A stretch of 64,000 nucleotides of DNA from Heterodontus francisci (GCF_036365525.1 NC_090374.1:13495168-13559167), one strand, 5' to 3'; positions 25,601 through 40,600 are shown, numbered from the stretch's first letter. Translations and numbers: made by a program. Notes: generated from the letters alone by a model not told the origin.

Positions 25601-28600
25601 TCAATCATTAAGATGGTTATAGCTGGGCACTTAGAAAAACCCAAGGTAATCGGGAATAGTCAGCATGGTTTTATGAAAGGGAAATCATGTTTAACCAATT
25701 TATTGGAGTTCTTTGAAGGAGTGACACTTGCTGTGGATAAAGGGGAGCCTGTTGACATACTGTACTTGGATTTCCAGAAGGCATTTGACAAGGTGCCACA
25801 GAAAAGGTCATTGTGCAAAGTAGGAGCTCATGGTGTAGGGGGTAACATATCAGCACAGGTAGAAGATTGGCTGGCTGACAGAAAACAGACAGTATGCATA
25901 AATGGATGTGACGAATGGAGTCCCGCAGGGGTCTGTGCTGGAACCTCAACTTTTTAAAATATATATCAATGACTAAGATGAAGAAAGCGATGACATGGTA
26001 GCTAAATTTGCAGATGACACAGAGATAGGTAGGAAAGTATGTTGTGATGAGGACATGAGGAGGTTGCAGACCAATATAGATAGGTTGAGTGAGCGGGCAA
26101 AAATCTGGCAGATGGATGGGAAAATGTGAAGTTGTTCACTTTGGCAGGAAGAATAAAAAAGCAGAGTATTACTTAAACAGAGAACGATTGAAGAATTCCG
26201 AAGTGCAGAGGGAGCTAGATGTTCTAGTGCATGAGTCACAAAAAGTTAGTAAACAGGTACAGCAAGTCATAAAGAAGGCTAATGGAATGCTATCCTTTAT
26301 TATAAGAGGAATTGAAAATAAAAGTAAGGATGTTATGCTTCAGTTATACAGGGCATTGGTGAGACCATATCTCGAATACAGTGTGCAGTTTTGGTCTCCT
26401 TATTGAAGGAAGGATGTAAATGCATTGGAGGCAATTCAGAGGAGGTTTACTAGATTGATATCTGGAATGAGCGGGTTGTCTTATGAGGAAAGGTTGGACA
26501 GACTGGGCTTGTTTTCACTGGAGTTTAGAAGAATTAGGGGAGACTTGATTGAAGTTTATAAGATTCTGAACGGTCTTGATAAGGTGGCTGTGGAAAGGAT
26601 GTTTCCTCTTGTGGGTGAGTCCAGAACTAGGGGGCACTGTTTTAAAATTAGGGGTCGCCCTTTTAGGACAGAGATGAGGAGAAATTTTTTCTTTGGAACT
26701 CTCTGCCTCAGAAGATGGTGGAGGAGGGATCATTGAATAATTTTAAGGTGGAGGTAGATAGATTCTTGTTAGGCAAGGGAATCGAGGGTTATCGGGGTAA
26801 ATGGGAATGTGGAATTTGAAACACAAACATATCAGCCATGATCTATTGAATGACGGAGCAGGCTCGAAGGGCCGAATGGCCTACTTCTACTCCTAATTCA
26901 TATGTTCGTATGCTACAGAAGTGTCAAATAAGAATAAAATATGGGCAAGGAAACCTTGGCAGGGGGAGCAGGACAGATTTGAAAGAATTATTTTTAATAT
27001 ATAAATGGAGATATTCACTCACGATCTTCTGAAGCACTGATTGTGAATCTCTTGTCATCTTTCATCTAAAGTTCTGTTAATTGGAGGACAGTGCCTGAAT
27101 ACAAAATAGACAACAGCTCTAAACCATTAAGGTGCAGCCATGTACCTGTTCTATTGCTGTCAAGCTCGGCGTAGGTGCAGGAATCGTCTTGAGCTGTAAG
27201 ACAAACAGGTGTAAACGGGGCCATTCGTCCACATATTTGTCCTTAGGTGTCAGCCATGCCTCAGTGAACAGTGCTAATTGCCATCTACTGCCTCCCTCAA
27301 CTGATGAATCAGTGCTCCGCCATTTTGAACACCACTTGGAAGATGCACTGAGGATAGCAAGGACACAGATGCCTTTATCCATGACAGTATTGGTAGGAGT
27401 GACCACCTCACAGCCTTGTGCAGACAAACCCATCTTCACACTGACAACAATTCCATCGTGTTGTGTGGAACTTCCACCGTGATAAATGGGATAGATTCAG
27501 AACAGATCCAGCAGCTCAAAACTGGGCATCTGTTCAACCACAATCTGTAAACTCATCGCCCGGCATATCCCTCACTCTACCATTACCAACAAGCCAGGGG
27601 ACCAACCCTGGTGCAATGAGGAATCTAGACAAGCCTGCCAGGAGCAGCACCAGGCATACTAACAAAAAAGATGATTTTGTAGAATATTTCTGGGAGGGTT
27701 TCTGGAGCAAGGGATGAAACTATCTTAAATCTAATACTGTGTAATGAAGTGTAGTTAATTAGTAATGTCATAGTAAAAGATCCACTGGGAAATAGTGATC
27801 ATAATACCATTAAATTTCATGTTACGTTTCAGCTGACATACTCCAACCACAAACAAGAATCTTAAACAAAGCCAATTCGGTAGGTATGAGGGGAGAACTA
27901 GCTAAGGTAAATTGGGTAAATGGACTAAAAGGTTTCGTGGTAAATGAACAGTGGGAAACCATTAAAGAAACAATTCAAAATGTTTAACAAAAATACTTTT
28001 AATTGGAAAACAAAAACTCAGCCAGAAAGACCCATCCGTAGCTCACTCAGGAAGTTAAGGATAGTATTCAATTAAAAGAAGAGGCTTACAATGAAGCAGC
28101 AAAGTAGTATGTCTGAGGATTGGGAGTGTTTTATAAACCAGCAAAGGGCCACCAAAAAGTTAATAAAAGAGGAAAAAATAGAATGAGAGTAAACTAGCCA
28201 GTAATATTAAAAAAAGCAGATTGTAAGAGCTTTTATAGGTATATATAAAGGAAGAGAGTAGCTAAAGTAAACATTGGTACTTTAGAAGCAGAGAAAGGGG
28301 AAATTATCATGGGGACTGAGGAAATGGCAGAGGCATTGAACAAATATTTTGTGTCTGTCTTCACAGTAGAAGACACAAGTTCCATACCAGAAATAGACAG
28401 TAACTTCGGGGCTAAAAGGAGTGAGGAAATGAAGGAAATTCATATCAGCAGACAAAATGTATTGGAGAAACTTAAAGGACAAAAATCTGACAAATCCCCA
28501 GGACCTCTTGGCCTATACCCTAGGGTTCTAAAAGAGACAGCTGCAGAAATAGTGGGTGCATTAGCTATGATTTTCCAGAATTCCTTAGATTCGGGAACAG

Positions 28601-31600
28601 TCCCATCAGATTGGAAACTGGCAAATGTTACACCGCTTTTCAAGAAAGGAGGGAGAGAGAAAACAGGAATACAGGCGAGTTAGCCTGATATCAGTCGTTT
28701 GGAAAATGCTGGAATCTATTATCAAGGAAGTCTTAGCAATGCATTTAGAAGAGCATAGTATGATTAGAACAAGTCAACCTGGTTTTACTAAAGGGCAATC
28801 GTGTTTGACAAATTTATTAGAGCTTTTTGAAGATGTAACTAGTAGGGAAGATAAAGGGGAACCAGTAGATGTAGTATACCTGGATTTCCAAAGGCATTCA
28901 ATAAGGTGCCACACAAAAGGTTAATAGACAAGAGTTTTGAAAAATAAGTGCCAACAGTGACGTCAGGGGACAGCTGCAAGCTGATTGGTTGGGTGAGTCA
29001 CTGCTGTTAGTGTATTTAAATATCTTTAAAAAAAGGGAAAGTTTTTTTTGGTTGAAAAAAAACCTCTGGTAATAAGGTGAGTACTACTAAAGTTTTTTTT
29101 AAATTCAGTGTAGCTTATTAAGGACTTTAGATTGTAGTGGGTAGAATAAGGCCCCTAGTGTAAGTAGTAGTTTTTTAATTAAGGGAGTAACTAAATAATC
29201 TAAGGGTAAATCTTGGCAGGAGAGCTGAGCCCCATGATATGCTCCTCCTGCACTATGTGGGAAATCAGGGATGCTTCCAATGTCCCTGACGACCACGTGT
29301 GCAGGAAGTGTATCCATCTGCAGCTACTGACTACCCGCATTACGGAGCTGGAGCTGCGGGTGGATTCACTGTGGATCATCCGTGATGCTGAGGACGTCGT
29401 GGATAGCACATTTAGTGAGGTGGTCACACCGCAGGTAATGGCTGCACAGGCAGAAAAGGGATGGGTGACCACCAGGCGGAATAGTAGGCGCAGGCAGATA
29501 GTGCAGGAGTCCCCTGTGGCCATCTCCCTCTCAAACAGATATACCGCTTTGGATACTGTTGGGGGAATGACTTCCCAGGGTAAAGCAGCAACAGCCAAGT
29601 TCGTGGCACCATGGAGGCTCTGCTGCACAGCAGGGGAGGAAAACGGTGGAACAGCTATAGTGATAGGGGATTCTATCGTAAGGGGTGCAGATAGGCGTTT
29701 CTGTGGCCGCAAACGAGACTCCAGGATGGTATGTTGCCTCCCTGGTGCTAGGGTCAAGGATGTCTTGGAGCGGCTGCAGGACATTCAGAAAGAGGAGGGT
29801 GAGCAGCCAGAGGTCATGGTCCATATTGGTACTAACGACAAAGGCAGGAAGAGAGATGAGGTTCTGCAAAGTGAATATAGGGAGTTAGGCAGAAGGTTAA
29901 AAAGTAGGACCTCTCGGGTTGTAATCTCAGGATTTTACTCCCTGTGCCACGTGCTGGTGAGGGTAAGAATAGGAGGATAAGGCAAATGAATGTGTGGCTG
30001 AAGAGCTGGTGTAGGCGGGAGGGCTTCAGCTTCTTGGATCATTGGGATCTCTTCTGGTGCAGAGGTGACCTGTACAAGAGGGACGGGATGCATCTAAACT
30101 GGAAGGGGACCAATATCTTTGCGGGGAAGTTTGCGAGTACTACTTGGGAGGGTTTAAACTAGTCTTGCAGTGGGTGGGACCCAATGTAGTAGTCTCTCCG
30201 ATGAGATTGTTGAGGCAAATGTAGAGGTTAAAACAAGCAGGTCCAGTAGGCAGGCCGGGCAGGGGCAGGGGCAGGACAGGGAGCGTGGAAGGTCTGGAAG
30301 GCTAAACTGCATTTACTTTAATGCAAGAAGCCTTACAGGGAAGGCAGATCAACAAAGAACAAAGAACAGTACAGCACAGGAACAGGCCACTCTGCCCTCG
30401 AAGCCTGCGCTGATCTTGATGCCTGCCGAAACTAAAACCTTCTGCACTTCCGGGGACCGTATCCCTCTATTCCCATCCTATTCATGTATTTGTCAAGATG
30501 CCTCTTAAACGTCGCTATCGTACCAGCCTCCACCACCTCCCCCGGAAGCAAGTTCCAGGCACTCGCCGCCCTCTGTGTAAAGAACTTGCCTCGCACATCC
30601 CCTCTAAACTTTGCCCCTCGCACCTTAAACCAATGGCCCCTAGTAACTGACTCTTCCACCCTGGGAAAAAGCTTCTGACTATCCACTCTGTCCATGCCAC
30701 TCATAACTTTGTAAACCTCTATCATGTCTCCCCTCCACCTCCGTCGTTCCAGTGAAAACAATCCGAGTTTGTCCAAACTCTCCTCATAGCTAATGCCCTC
30801 CAGACCAGGCAACATCCTGGTAAACCTCTTCCATACCCTTTCCAAAGCCTCCACGTCCTTCTGATAGTGTGGCGACCAGAATTGCACGCAATATTCTATG
30901 TGTGGCCTAACTAAAGTTCTGTACAGCTGCAGCATGACTTGCCAATTTTTATACTCTATGCCCTGACTGATGAAGGCAAGCATGCCGTATGCCTTCTTGA
31001 CTACCTTATCCACCTGCGTTGCCACTTTCAGTGACCTGTGGACCTGTACGCCCAGATATCTCTGCCTGTCAGTACTCCTAAGGGTTCTGCCATTTACTGT
31101 ATACCTCCCACCTGCATTAGACCTTCCAAAATGCATTACCTCACATTTGTCCAGATTAAACTCCATCTGCCATTTCTCCGCCCAAGTCCCCAACCGATCT
31201 ATATCCTGCTGTATCCTCTGACAATCCTCATCACTATCCACAACACCACCAACCTTTGTGTTGTCCGCAAACTTACTAATCAGACCAGCTACATTTTCCT
31301 CCAAACCTTTTATATATACTACAAACAGCAAAGGTCCCAGCACTGATCCCTGCGGAACACCACTAGTCACAGCCCTCCATTCATAAAAGCAACCTTCCAC
31401 TGCTACCCTCTGTCTTCTATGACCGAGCCAGTTCTGTATCCATCTTGCCAGCTCAGCTCTGATCATGTGTCACTTCACCTTTTGTACCAGTCTGCCATGA
31501 GGGACCTTGTCAAAGGCTTTACTGAAGTCCATATAGACAACATCCACTGCCCTTCCTTCATCAATCATCTTCATCACTTCCTCAAAAAACTCAATCAAGT

Positions 31601-34600
31601 TAGTGAGACACGACCTCCCCTTCACAAAACCATGCTGCCTCTCGCTAAGAAGTTTGTTTGTTTCCAAATGGGAGTAAATCCTGTCCCGAAGAATCCTCTT
31701 CAATAATTTCCCTACCACTGACGTAAGGCTCATCGGCCTAAAATTTCCTGGGTTATCCTTGCTACACTTCTTAAACAAAGGAACAACATTGGCTATTCTC
31801 CAGTCCTCTGGGACCTCACCTGTAGCCAATGAGGATACAAAGATTTCAGTCAAGGCACCAGTAATTTCTTCCCTTGCCTCCCTCAGTATTCTGGGGTAGA
31901 TCCCATCAGGCCCTGGGGACTTATCTACCTTAATGCTTTGCAAGATGCCCAACACCTCCTTTTTGATAACGACATGACCCAGACTATCTACACTCCCTTC
32001 CCGAGACTCATCATCCACCAAGTCCTTCTCTTTGGTGAATATCATAACCTCTGCATCACCAACTCATTCTTTCACACTAAACCCTGTCACCAGGTTTCTT
32101 GGAAGCACCCAAGATCTCGTCGTTGGCACCAGCTGGACCTCATCGTCACAAGGTGAGCCTCCTTAAACAGTGTTCAAATCACACGCATCTTCCACAGTGC
32201 GGACTGCGATACCGACCACTCCCTGGTGTGCAGCAAGGTTAGACTCAAACAAAAGAAGCTGCATCACTCCAAGCGGAAGGGCCACCCGCGCATCAACACG
32301 AGCAGAATTTCTTATCCACAGCTGTCACAAAAATTTCTAAATTCACTTGAAAAAGCCCTTCAAAACACTCCCTCAGGGGATGCAGAGACCAAATGGGCCC
32401 ACATCAGAGACGCCATCTATGAGTCAGCCATGACCACCTATGGCAAACATGTGAAGCGGAATGCAGACTGGTTTCAATCTCATTTTGAAGAGCAGGAACC
32501 TGTCATAGCCGCTAAGCGTATTGCACTGTTGAATTACAAAAAAGCCCCCAGCGAGTTAACATCCGTAGCACTTAAAACATCCAGAAGCACTGCACAAAGA
32601 ACAGCCAGGCGCTGCGCAAATGACTACTGCAACACCTATGCAGTCATATTCAGCTGGCCTCCGACACCGGAAACATCAGAGGAATGTATGATGGCATTAA
32701 GAGAGCTTTTGGGCCAACCATCAAGAAGATCGCCCCCCTCAAATCTAAATCAGGGGACACAATCACTGACCAACACAAGCAATTGGACCGCTGGGTTGAG
32801 CACTACCTAGAACTGTACTCCAGGGAGAATGTTGTCACTGAGACCGCCCTCAATGCAGCCCAGCCTCTGCCAGTCATGGATGAGCTGGACATACAGTCAA
32901 CAAAATTGGAACTCAGTGATGCCATTGATTCTCTCGCCAGCGGAAAAGCCCCTGGGAAGGACGGCATTACCCCTGAAATAATCAAGAGTGCTAAGCCTGC
33001 TATACTCTCAGCACTACATGAACTGCTTTGCCTGTGCTGGGACGAGGGAGCAGTACCGCAGGACATGCGCGATGCCAATATCATCGCCCTCTATAAAAAC
33101 AAAGGTGACCGCGGTGACTGCAACAACTACCGTGGTATCTCACTGTTCAGCATAGTGGGAAAAGTCTTCACTCGAGTCACTTTAAACAGGCTCCAGAAGC
33201 TGGCTGAGCGTGTCTACCCTGAGGAACAGTGTGGCTTTCAAGCAGAGAGATCCACCATTGACATGCTGTTCTCCCTTTGTCAGCTACAGGAGAAATGCCG
33301 TGAACAACAGATGCCCCTCTACGTTGCTTTCATTGATCTCACCAAAGCCTTTGACCTTGTCAGCAGACGTAGTCTCTTCAGACTGCCAGAAAAGATTGGA
33401 TGTCCACCAAAGCTACTAAATATCATTACCTCATTCCATGACAATATGAAAGGCACAATTCAGCATAGCGGCTCCTCATCAGACCCCTTTCCTATACTGA
33501 GTGGCGTGAAACAGTGCTGTGTTCTCACACCCACACTGTTTGGGATTTTCTTCTCCCTGCTGCTCTCACACGCGTTCAAGTCTTCAGAAGAAGCAATTTT
33601 CCTCCACACAAGATCAGGTGGCAGGTTGTTCAACCTTGCCCGCCTAAGAGCGAAGACCAAAGTACAGAAAGTCCTCATCAGGGAACTCCTCTTTGCTGAC
33701 AATGCTGCATTAACATCTCACACTGAAGAGTGTCTGCAGAGTCTCATCGACAGGACTGCGGCTGCCTGCAGCAAATATGGCCTAACCATCAGCCTCAAGA
33801 AAACGAACATCATGGGACAGGACCTCAGAAATGCTCCATCCATCAATATCAGTGACCACACTCTGGAAGTGGTTCAAGAGTTCACCTACCTAGACTCGAC
33901 TATCACCAGTAACCTGTCTCTAGATGCAGAAATCAACAAGCGCATGGGTAAGGCTTCCACTGCAATGTCCAGACTGGCCAAGGGAGTGTGGGAAAATGGC
34001 GCACTGACACGGAACACAAAGGTCCGAGTGTATCAAGCCTGTGTCCTCAGTACCTTGCTCTATGGCTGCGAGGCCTGGACAACGTATGTCAGCCAAGAGC
34101 GACGTCTCAATTCATTCCATCTTCACTGCCTCCGGAGAATCCTTGGCATCAGGTGGCAGGACTGCATCTCCAAAACAGAAGTCCTCGAGGCGGCCAACCT
34201 CCCCAGCTTATACACACTACTGAGTCAGCGGCGCTTGAGATGTCTTGGCCATGTGGGCCACATGGAAGATGGCAAGATCCCCAAGGACACATTGTACAGC
34301 AAGCTCGCCACTGGTATCAGACCCACCGGCCATCCATGTCTCCGCTTTAAAGACGTCTGCATGTCTTTAAATGAAGTCCTGTGACATTGATCACAAGTTG
34401 TGGGAGTCAGTTGCCAGCAATCGCCAGAGCGGGGCTAAAGTGTGGCGAGTCGAAGAGACTTAGCAGTTGGCAGGAAAAAAAGACAGAAGCGCAAGGGGAG
34501 AGCCAGCTGTGTAACAGCCCCGACAACCAATTTTATCTGCAGCACCTGTGGAAGAGTCTGTCACTCTAGAATTGGCCTTTATAGCCACTCCAGGCGCTGC

Positions 34601-37600
34601 TCCACAAACCACTGACCACCTCCAGGCGCTTACCCATTGTCTCCCGAGACAAGGAGGCCAAAGAAGAAGAAGAAGAAGAAGATGCAAAGCACTCATTTAG
34701 TACCTCGCCCGTTTTCTCTGGCTCCACACATAGATTCCCTTCTCTGTCCTTGAGTGGGCCAACCCTTTCCCCAGTTACCCTCTTGCTCTTTATGTATGTA
34801 TAAAAAGCTTTGGGATTCTCCTTAATCTTGTTTGCCAATGACTGTTCACGACCCCTTTTAGCCCTCCTGACTCCTTGCTTAAGTTCCTTCCCACTGTCTT
34901 TATATTCCTCAAGGGATTCATCTGTTCCTAGCCTTCCAGCCCTTACGAATGCTTCCTCTTTCTTTTTGACTAGGCTCACAATATCCCTCGTTATCCAAGG
35001 TTCCCGAAACTTGCCAAACTTATCCTTCTTCCTCACAGGAACATACTGGTCCTGGATTCTAATCAACTAACGTTTGAAAGACTCCGACATGTCAGATGTT
35101 GATTTACCCTCACACAGCTGCCCCCAATCTAAATTCTTCAGATCCTGCCTAATATTATGATAATTAGCCTTCCACCAATTTAGCACCTTCACCCGAGGAC
35201 TACTCTTATCCTTATCCACAAGTACCTTAAAACCTACGGAATTATGGTCACTGTTCCCGAAATGCTCCCCTACTGAAACTTCGACCACCTGGCCGGGCAC
35301 ATTCCCCAATACCAGGTCCAGTACGGCCCCATCCCTCGTTGGACTATCTACACATTGTTTCAAGAAGCCCTCCTGGATACTCCTCACAAATTCTGCCCCA
35401 TCCAAGACCCTAGCACGAAGTGAGTCCCAGTCAATATAGGGGAAGTTAAAATCACCCACCACTACAACCCTGTTACCTTTACATCTTTCCAAAATCTGTC
35501 TACATATCTGCTCCTCTATCTCCTGCTGGCTGTTGGGAAGCCTGTAGTAAACCTCCAACATCATGATTGCACCGGTCCTATTCCTGAGCTCCACCCATAT
35601 TGCCTCGCTGCATGACCCCTCCGAGGTGTCCTCCCACAGTACAGCTGTGAATTCAGAGCATGGATCGGTACATGGGATTGTGATATTATAGCTATTACGG
35701 AAACGTGGTTGCGGGATGGGCAGGACTGGCAGCTCAATGTTCTGGAGAACCGATGTTTCCGGCGTGACAGAGGTGGCGGTAAGAGAGGAGGGGGAGTTGC
35801 ACTATTGATTAGGGAGGACATCACGACAGTACTTAGAGAGGATATCCTGGGGGGGAACGTCCAGCGAGGCCATATGGGTAGAACTTAGAAATAAGAAAGG
35901 GGTGATCACTTTGATGCGATTATACTACAGGCCCGCCCTATAGTCAGAGGGAAGTGGAGGAGCATATATGTAGGGAAAACAGAGATAGGTGAAAGTGGCA
36001 ACGCAGGTGGATAAGGTAGTCAAGAAGGCATACGGCATGCTTGCCTTCATCGGTCGGGGCATAGAGTATAAAATTTGGCAAGTCATGTTGCAGCTGTACA
36101 GAACTTTAGTTAGGCCACACTTAGAATATTGCGTGCAATTCTGGTCGCCACACTACCAGAAGGACGTGGAGGCTTTGGAGAGGGTACAGCGGAGGTTTAC
36201 CAGGATGTTGCCTGGTCTGGAGGGCATTAGCTATGAGGAGAGGTTGGAAAAACTCGTATTGTTTTCACTGGAACGACGGAGGTGGAGGGGCGACATGATA
36301 GAGGTTTACAAAGTTATGAGTGGCATGGACAGAGTGGATAGTCAGAAGCTTTTTCCCAGGGTGGAAGAGTCAGTTACTAGGGGACATAGGTTTAAGGTGC
36401 GAGGGGCAAAGTTTAGAGGGGATGTGTGAGGCAAGTTTTTTTTACACAGAGGGTGATGAGTGCCTGGAACTTGCTGCCGGGGGAGGTGGTGGAAGCAGAT
36501 ACGATAGCGACGTTTAAGAGACATCTTGACAAATACATGAATAGGAAGGAAATAGAGGGATATGGGCCCCGGAAGTGCAGAAGGTGTTAGTTTAGGCAGG
36601 CATCAAGATCGGCGCAGGCTTGGAGGGCCGAATGGCCTGTTCCTGTGCTGTACTGTTCTTTGTTCTTTGTGAAGGAATTATAGGGTTGTAATAGTAGGTG
36701 ATTTTAACTTCCCCAATATTGACTGGGACTGCCTTAGTGCTAAGGGATCAGATGGGGAAGAATTTGTTAAGTGTGTGCAGGATAAGTGTGTTGGGGAGGC
36801 GGTGGCGTACTGGTATTGTCACTGGACTAGTAACCCAGAGACCCAGGTATTTCTCTGGGGACATGCGTTCGAATCTCACCACAGCAGAAGGTGGAATTTG
36901 AATTCAATTAATAAATCTGGAATTTAAAGCTAGTCTAATGATGGCCATGAAACCATTGTCGATTGTTGTAAAAACCCATCTGGTTCACTACTGTCCTTTA
37001 GGGAAGGAAATCCGCTGTCCTTACCTGGTCTGGCCTACATGTGACTCCAGATCCACAGCAACGTGTTTGACTCTTATAGGCCCTCGAAATGGCCTAGCAA
37101 GCCACTCAGTTCAAGGGCAATTTGGGATGGGCAATAAATGCTGGCCTGGCCTGCGACACCCACATCCCATGAATGAATAAAAAATCGGATAGTTTTCTGA
37201 AGCAGTATGTGGATGGCCCTACTAGAGAAGGGGCTACACTCGACCTCCTCTTAGGAAATGAGGCTGGGCAGGTGGTTGATGTGTCAGTGGGGGAGCACTT
37301 TGGGACCAGTGACCATAACTCTATTAGCTTCAAGATAGTTATGGAAAAGGATAGGACTGGTCCTCAGGTTGAAGTTCTAAATAGGGGGAAGGCTAATTTC
37401 GATGGCATCAGACAGAAACTCTCAAAAGTTGAATGGGAGAGGCTGTTTACAGGTAAAGGGACATCTGGCAAGTGGGAGGCTTTTAAAAGTGAGATAGGAA
37501 GAGTTCAGGGCCGGCATGTTCCTGTTAGATGGAAGGGCAAAGCTGGCAAGTTTAGGGAACCTTGGTTGACGAGGGATATTGAGGGTCTGGTCAGGACAAA

Positions 37601-40600
37601 GAAGGAGGCATATGTCAGGTATAGGCAGCTGGGATCAAGCGAGTCCCTCGAGGAGTATAGGGGATGTAGGAGTTCAATTTTCAGTTCGTTAATACCCTAC
37701 CTGTACTAATGCTTTGTCTTCCAACACACCATTAACATATCTTTGCTCCATGACCTTCTCGTCAGCTATTCTGTGACCTGGTCCTATCTACACCTTCTCC
37801 TTTGTTATCTCTTGCCCCACCCCCACTTTAATTGCTTATAACCTTTTACATTTCTAATATTTGCCAGTTCAGAAGAAGGGTCATTGACCTGAAACCTTAA
37901 CTCTGCTTCTCTCCACAGATGCTGCCAGACCTGCTGAGTATTTCCAGCGTGTCTTGTTTTTATTCTGAGAGACAGGATTTATATGCATTTGGAAAGACAA
38001 GGTCTGATTAGGGATAGTCAGTATGGCTTTGTGCATGGGAAATCATGTCTCACGAATTTGATTGAGTTTTTCGAGGAGGTGACCAAGAGGATTGATGAGG
38101 GCAGGACAATGGACGTTGTCTACATGGACTTTAGCAAGGCCTTTGACAAGGTCCCACATGGTAGGCTGGTCCAGAAGGTTCAAACACATGGGATCCAGGG
38201 TGAGCTAGCCAATTGGATACAAAATTGGCTTGGTGATAGGAGGCAGAGGGTGGTAGTGGAAGGTTGTTTTTCAGATTGGAGGCCAGTGACCGGTGGTGTG
38301 CCGCAGGGATCAGTGCTGGGCCCTCTGTTGTTTGTCATATATATTAATGACTTGGAGGTTAATATAGGGGGCACGATTAGTAGGTTTGCAGATGACACCA
38401 AAATTGGTGGTATAGTGGACAGTGAAGAAGGTTGTCTAAGGTTACAACAGGATATCGATCAACTGGGAAAGTGGGCAAGGGATTGGCAAATGGAATTTAA
38501 CGCAGACAAGTGTGAAGTGATGCATTTTGGGAAGTTAAACCAGGGCAGGACATATACAGTGAATGGCAGGGCCCTGGGGAGTTTTGTTGAGCAGAGAGAC
38601 CTTGGGTGCAAGTATATAGTTCCCTGAAAGTGGCAACACAGGTAGACAGGGTGGTGAAGAAGGCATATGGCATACTTGCCTTCATTGGCCGAGGCATTGA
38701 GTACAAGAGTTGCGACGTCATGTTACAGTTGTACATGACATTGGTTAGGCCGCATTTGGAGTACTGTGTGCAGTTCTGGTCGCCGCACTACAGGAAAGAT
38801 GTGATTAAGCTAGAGAGGGTGCAGAAAAAATTCACACGGATGTTGCCTGGTTTGGAGGGCTTGAGTTATAAAGAGAGATTGGATAGGCTTGGTATGTTTT
38901 CCCTGGAGTGAAGGAGGCCGAGAGGGGACATGATAGAGATATATAAAATTATGAGAGGCATAGATAGGGTAGATAGCCAGAATCTGTTTCCCATGGTAGG
39001 GGTGACTAAAAGTAGAGGGCTTAGATTTAAGGTGAGAGGGAGGAGGTTTAAAGGGGATCAAAGGGGTAAATTTTTCACACAAAGAATAGTGGGTATCTGG
39101 AATGAGCTGGCAGAGGAGGTGGTGGAGGCAGGAACAGTAGCAACATTTAAGAGGTATCTGGACAGGTACTTGAATGAGCAAGGCATAGAGGGATATGGAA
39201 TTAATGCAGGTAGGTGGGATTAGTATAGATAGACATTAAGGTCGGCATGGACACAGTGGGCCGAAGGGCCTGTTTCTCTGCTGTACGACTCTATGACTAT
39301 AAGTGCTCATGGAGAGGAGGTAATATGTTAGCAGGGCTAGAGGACTGGTTATTGGACAGGAAGCAAAGAGTGGGCATAAATGAGGAACTTTCAAGTTGAC
39401 GAGCAGTGAATAGTAGAGTGCCACAATGATCAGTGCTGGGGCCTCAGCTATTTACAATCTATATTAATGACAGATGAAGAGGCAGAAAGTAATGTAGCTG
39501 AGTTTGATGATACAAAGCTAGGTGGAAAGGTATGCTGTGGGGAGGGCAGAGAGGCTGCAAAGAGATATGAAGAGGTTAAGTGAGTGGGCAACAAGATGGT
39601 AGATAGAGTATAATGTAGGGAAGTGTGAAGTTATTCGCTTTGGTCACAAGAATAGACAGCAGATTATTTTTGAAAAGGTGTGAAACTTGTAAGTGTTGAT
39701 ATTCAGAGAGACTTGGGTGTGCTTGTACAAGGCACGCAGAGAGTTAGCATGCAGGTACAGCAAGCAATTTGGAAGGCAAATGGCATATTGGCCTTTATTG
39801 AAAGGGGATTTAAAAAAGTCTTGCTACAATTGTACAGCATTTTGGTGAGACCACATCTGGAATACTGTGTGAAGTTTTGGTCTCCACAATTAAAAAAGGA
39901 TATACTTGCATTGGAGGGGTTGCAGCAAAGGTTCACTAAATTGGTGCCTGGGATGAGGGGGTTGTCCTATGATGAGAGGATGAGTAAATTGGGCCTATAT
40001 TCTCTGGAGTTTAGTAAAATGAGAGGCAATCTAATTGAGACATACAAGATTCTGAGTTGGCTTGAGAGGGTGGACACTGAGAAATTGTTTCTGCTGATCA
40101 AAGAATCGAAAACATGGCGTACAGTCTCAGGATATGGGGCCGACTGTTTAGGACTGAGATGAGGAGAAATCACATCAAAGGGTTGTGAATCTTTGGAATT
40201 CTCTACCCCAGAGGGCTGTGGATGCTCCATCATTGAATACATTTAAGGCTGGGATAGATAGATTTGTGGTCTCTCAGGGAATCAAGGGATATGGCGAGTG
40301 GACGGGAAAGCGGAGTTGAAGCCTAAGATCAGCCATGATCATATTGAATAGCGGAGCAGGCTCGATGGACCACAAGGTCTACTCCTGTTCCTCTTTCTTG
40401 TTTTCTTGTGTTCTTGAGATGCCAACCCAGTGAGGATACAGCACAGGACTACATGCAAGCTAAACAACGGGAGCAGCATGCTATAGACAGAGTTAAGCAA
40501 TTCCACACCCACAGGTCAGATCCAAGCTCCACAGTCCTGCCACATCCAGTTGTCAATGGTGTTGAATAATTAAACAACTAACAGTAGGAAGAGCGTCCAA

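Larger units (their letters stand above)
28933..39297 (+). mobile_element. Full-length CR1 (5' UTR, ORF1, ORF2) interrupted by four insertions
   Basis: ORF2 NARSLTGKAD stops at 30349 and resumes ..RAWIGTWDCDIIAITETWL at 35647. RT spans 37963-39223; tail (CTATGA)n. Confidence 0.9.
27665..40415 (+). mobile_element. AT-rich CR1 split into 27665-28932 and 39298-40415
   Basis: RT reads ...DFQ..HKRLIDK, then resumes at ISAHG... on the far side; tail (TTCTTG)n at ~40410. Confidence 0.85.
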
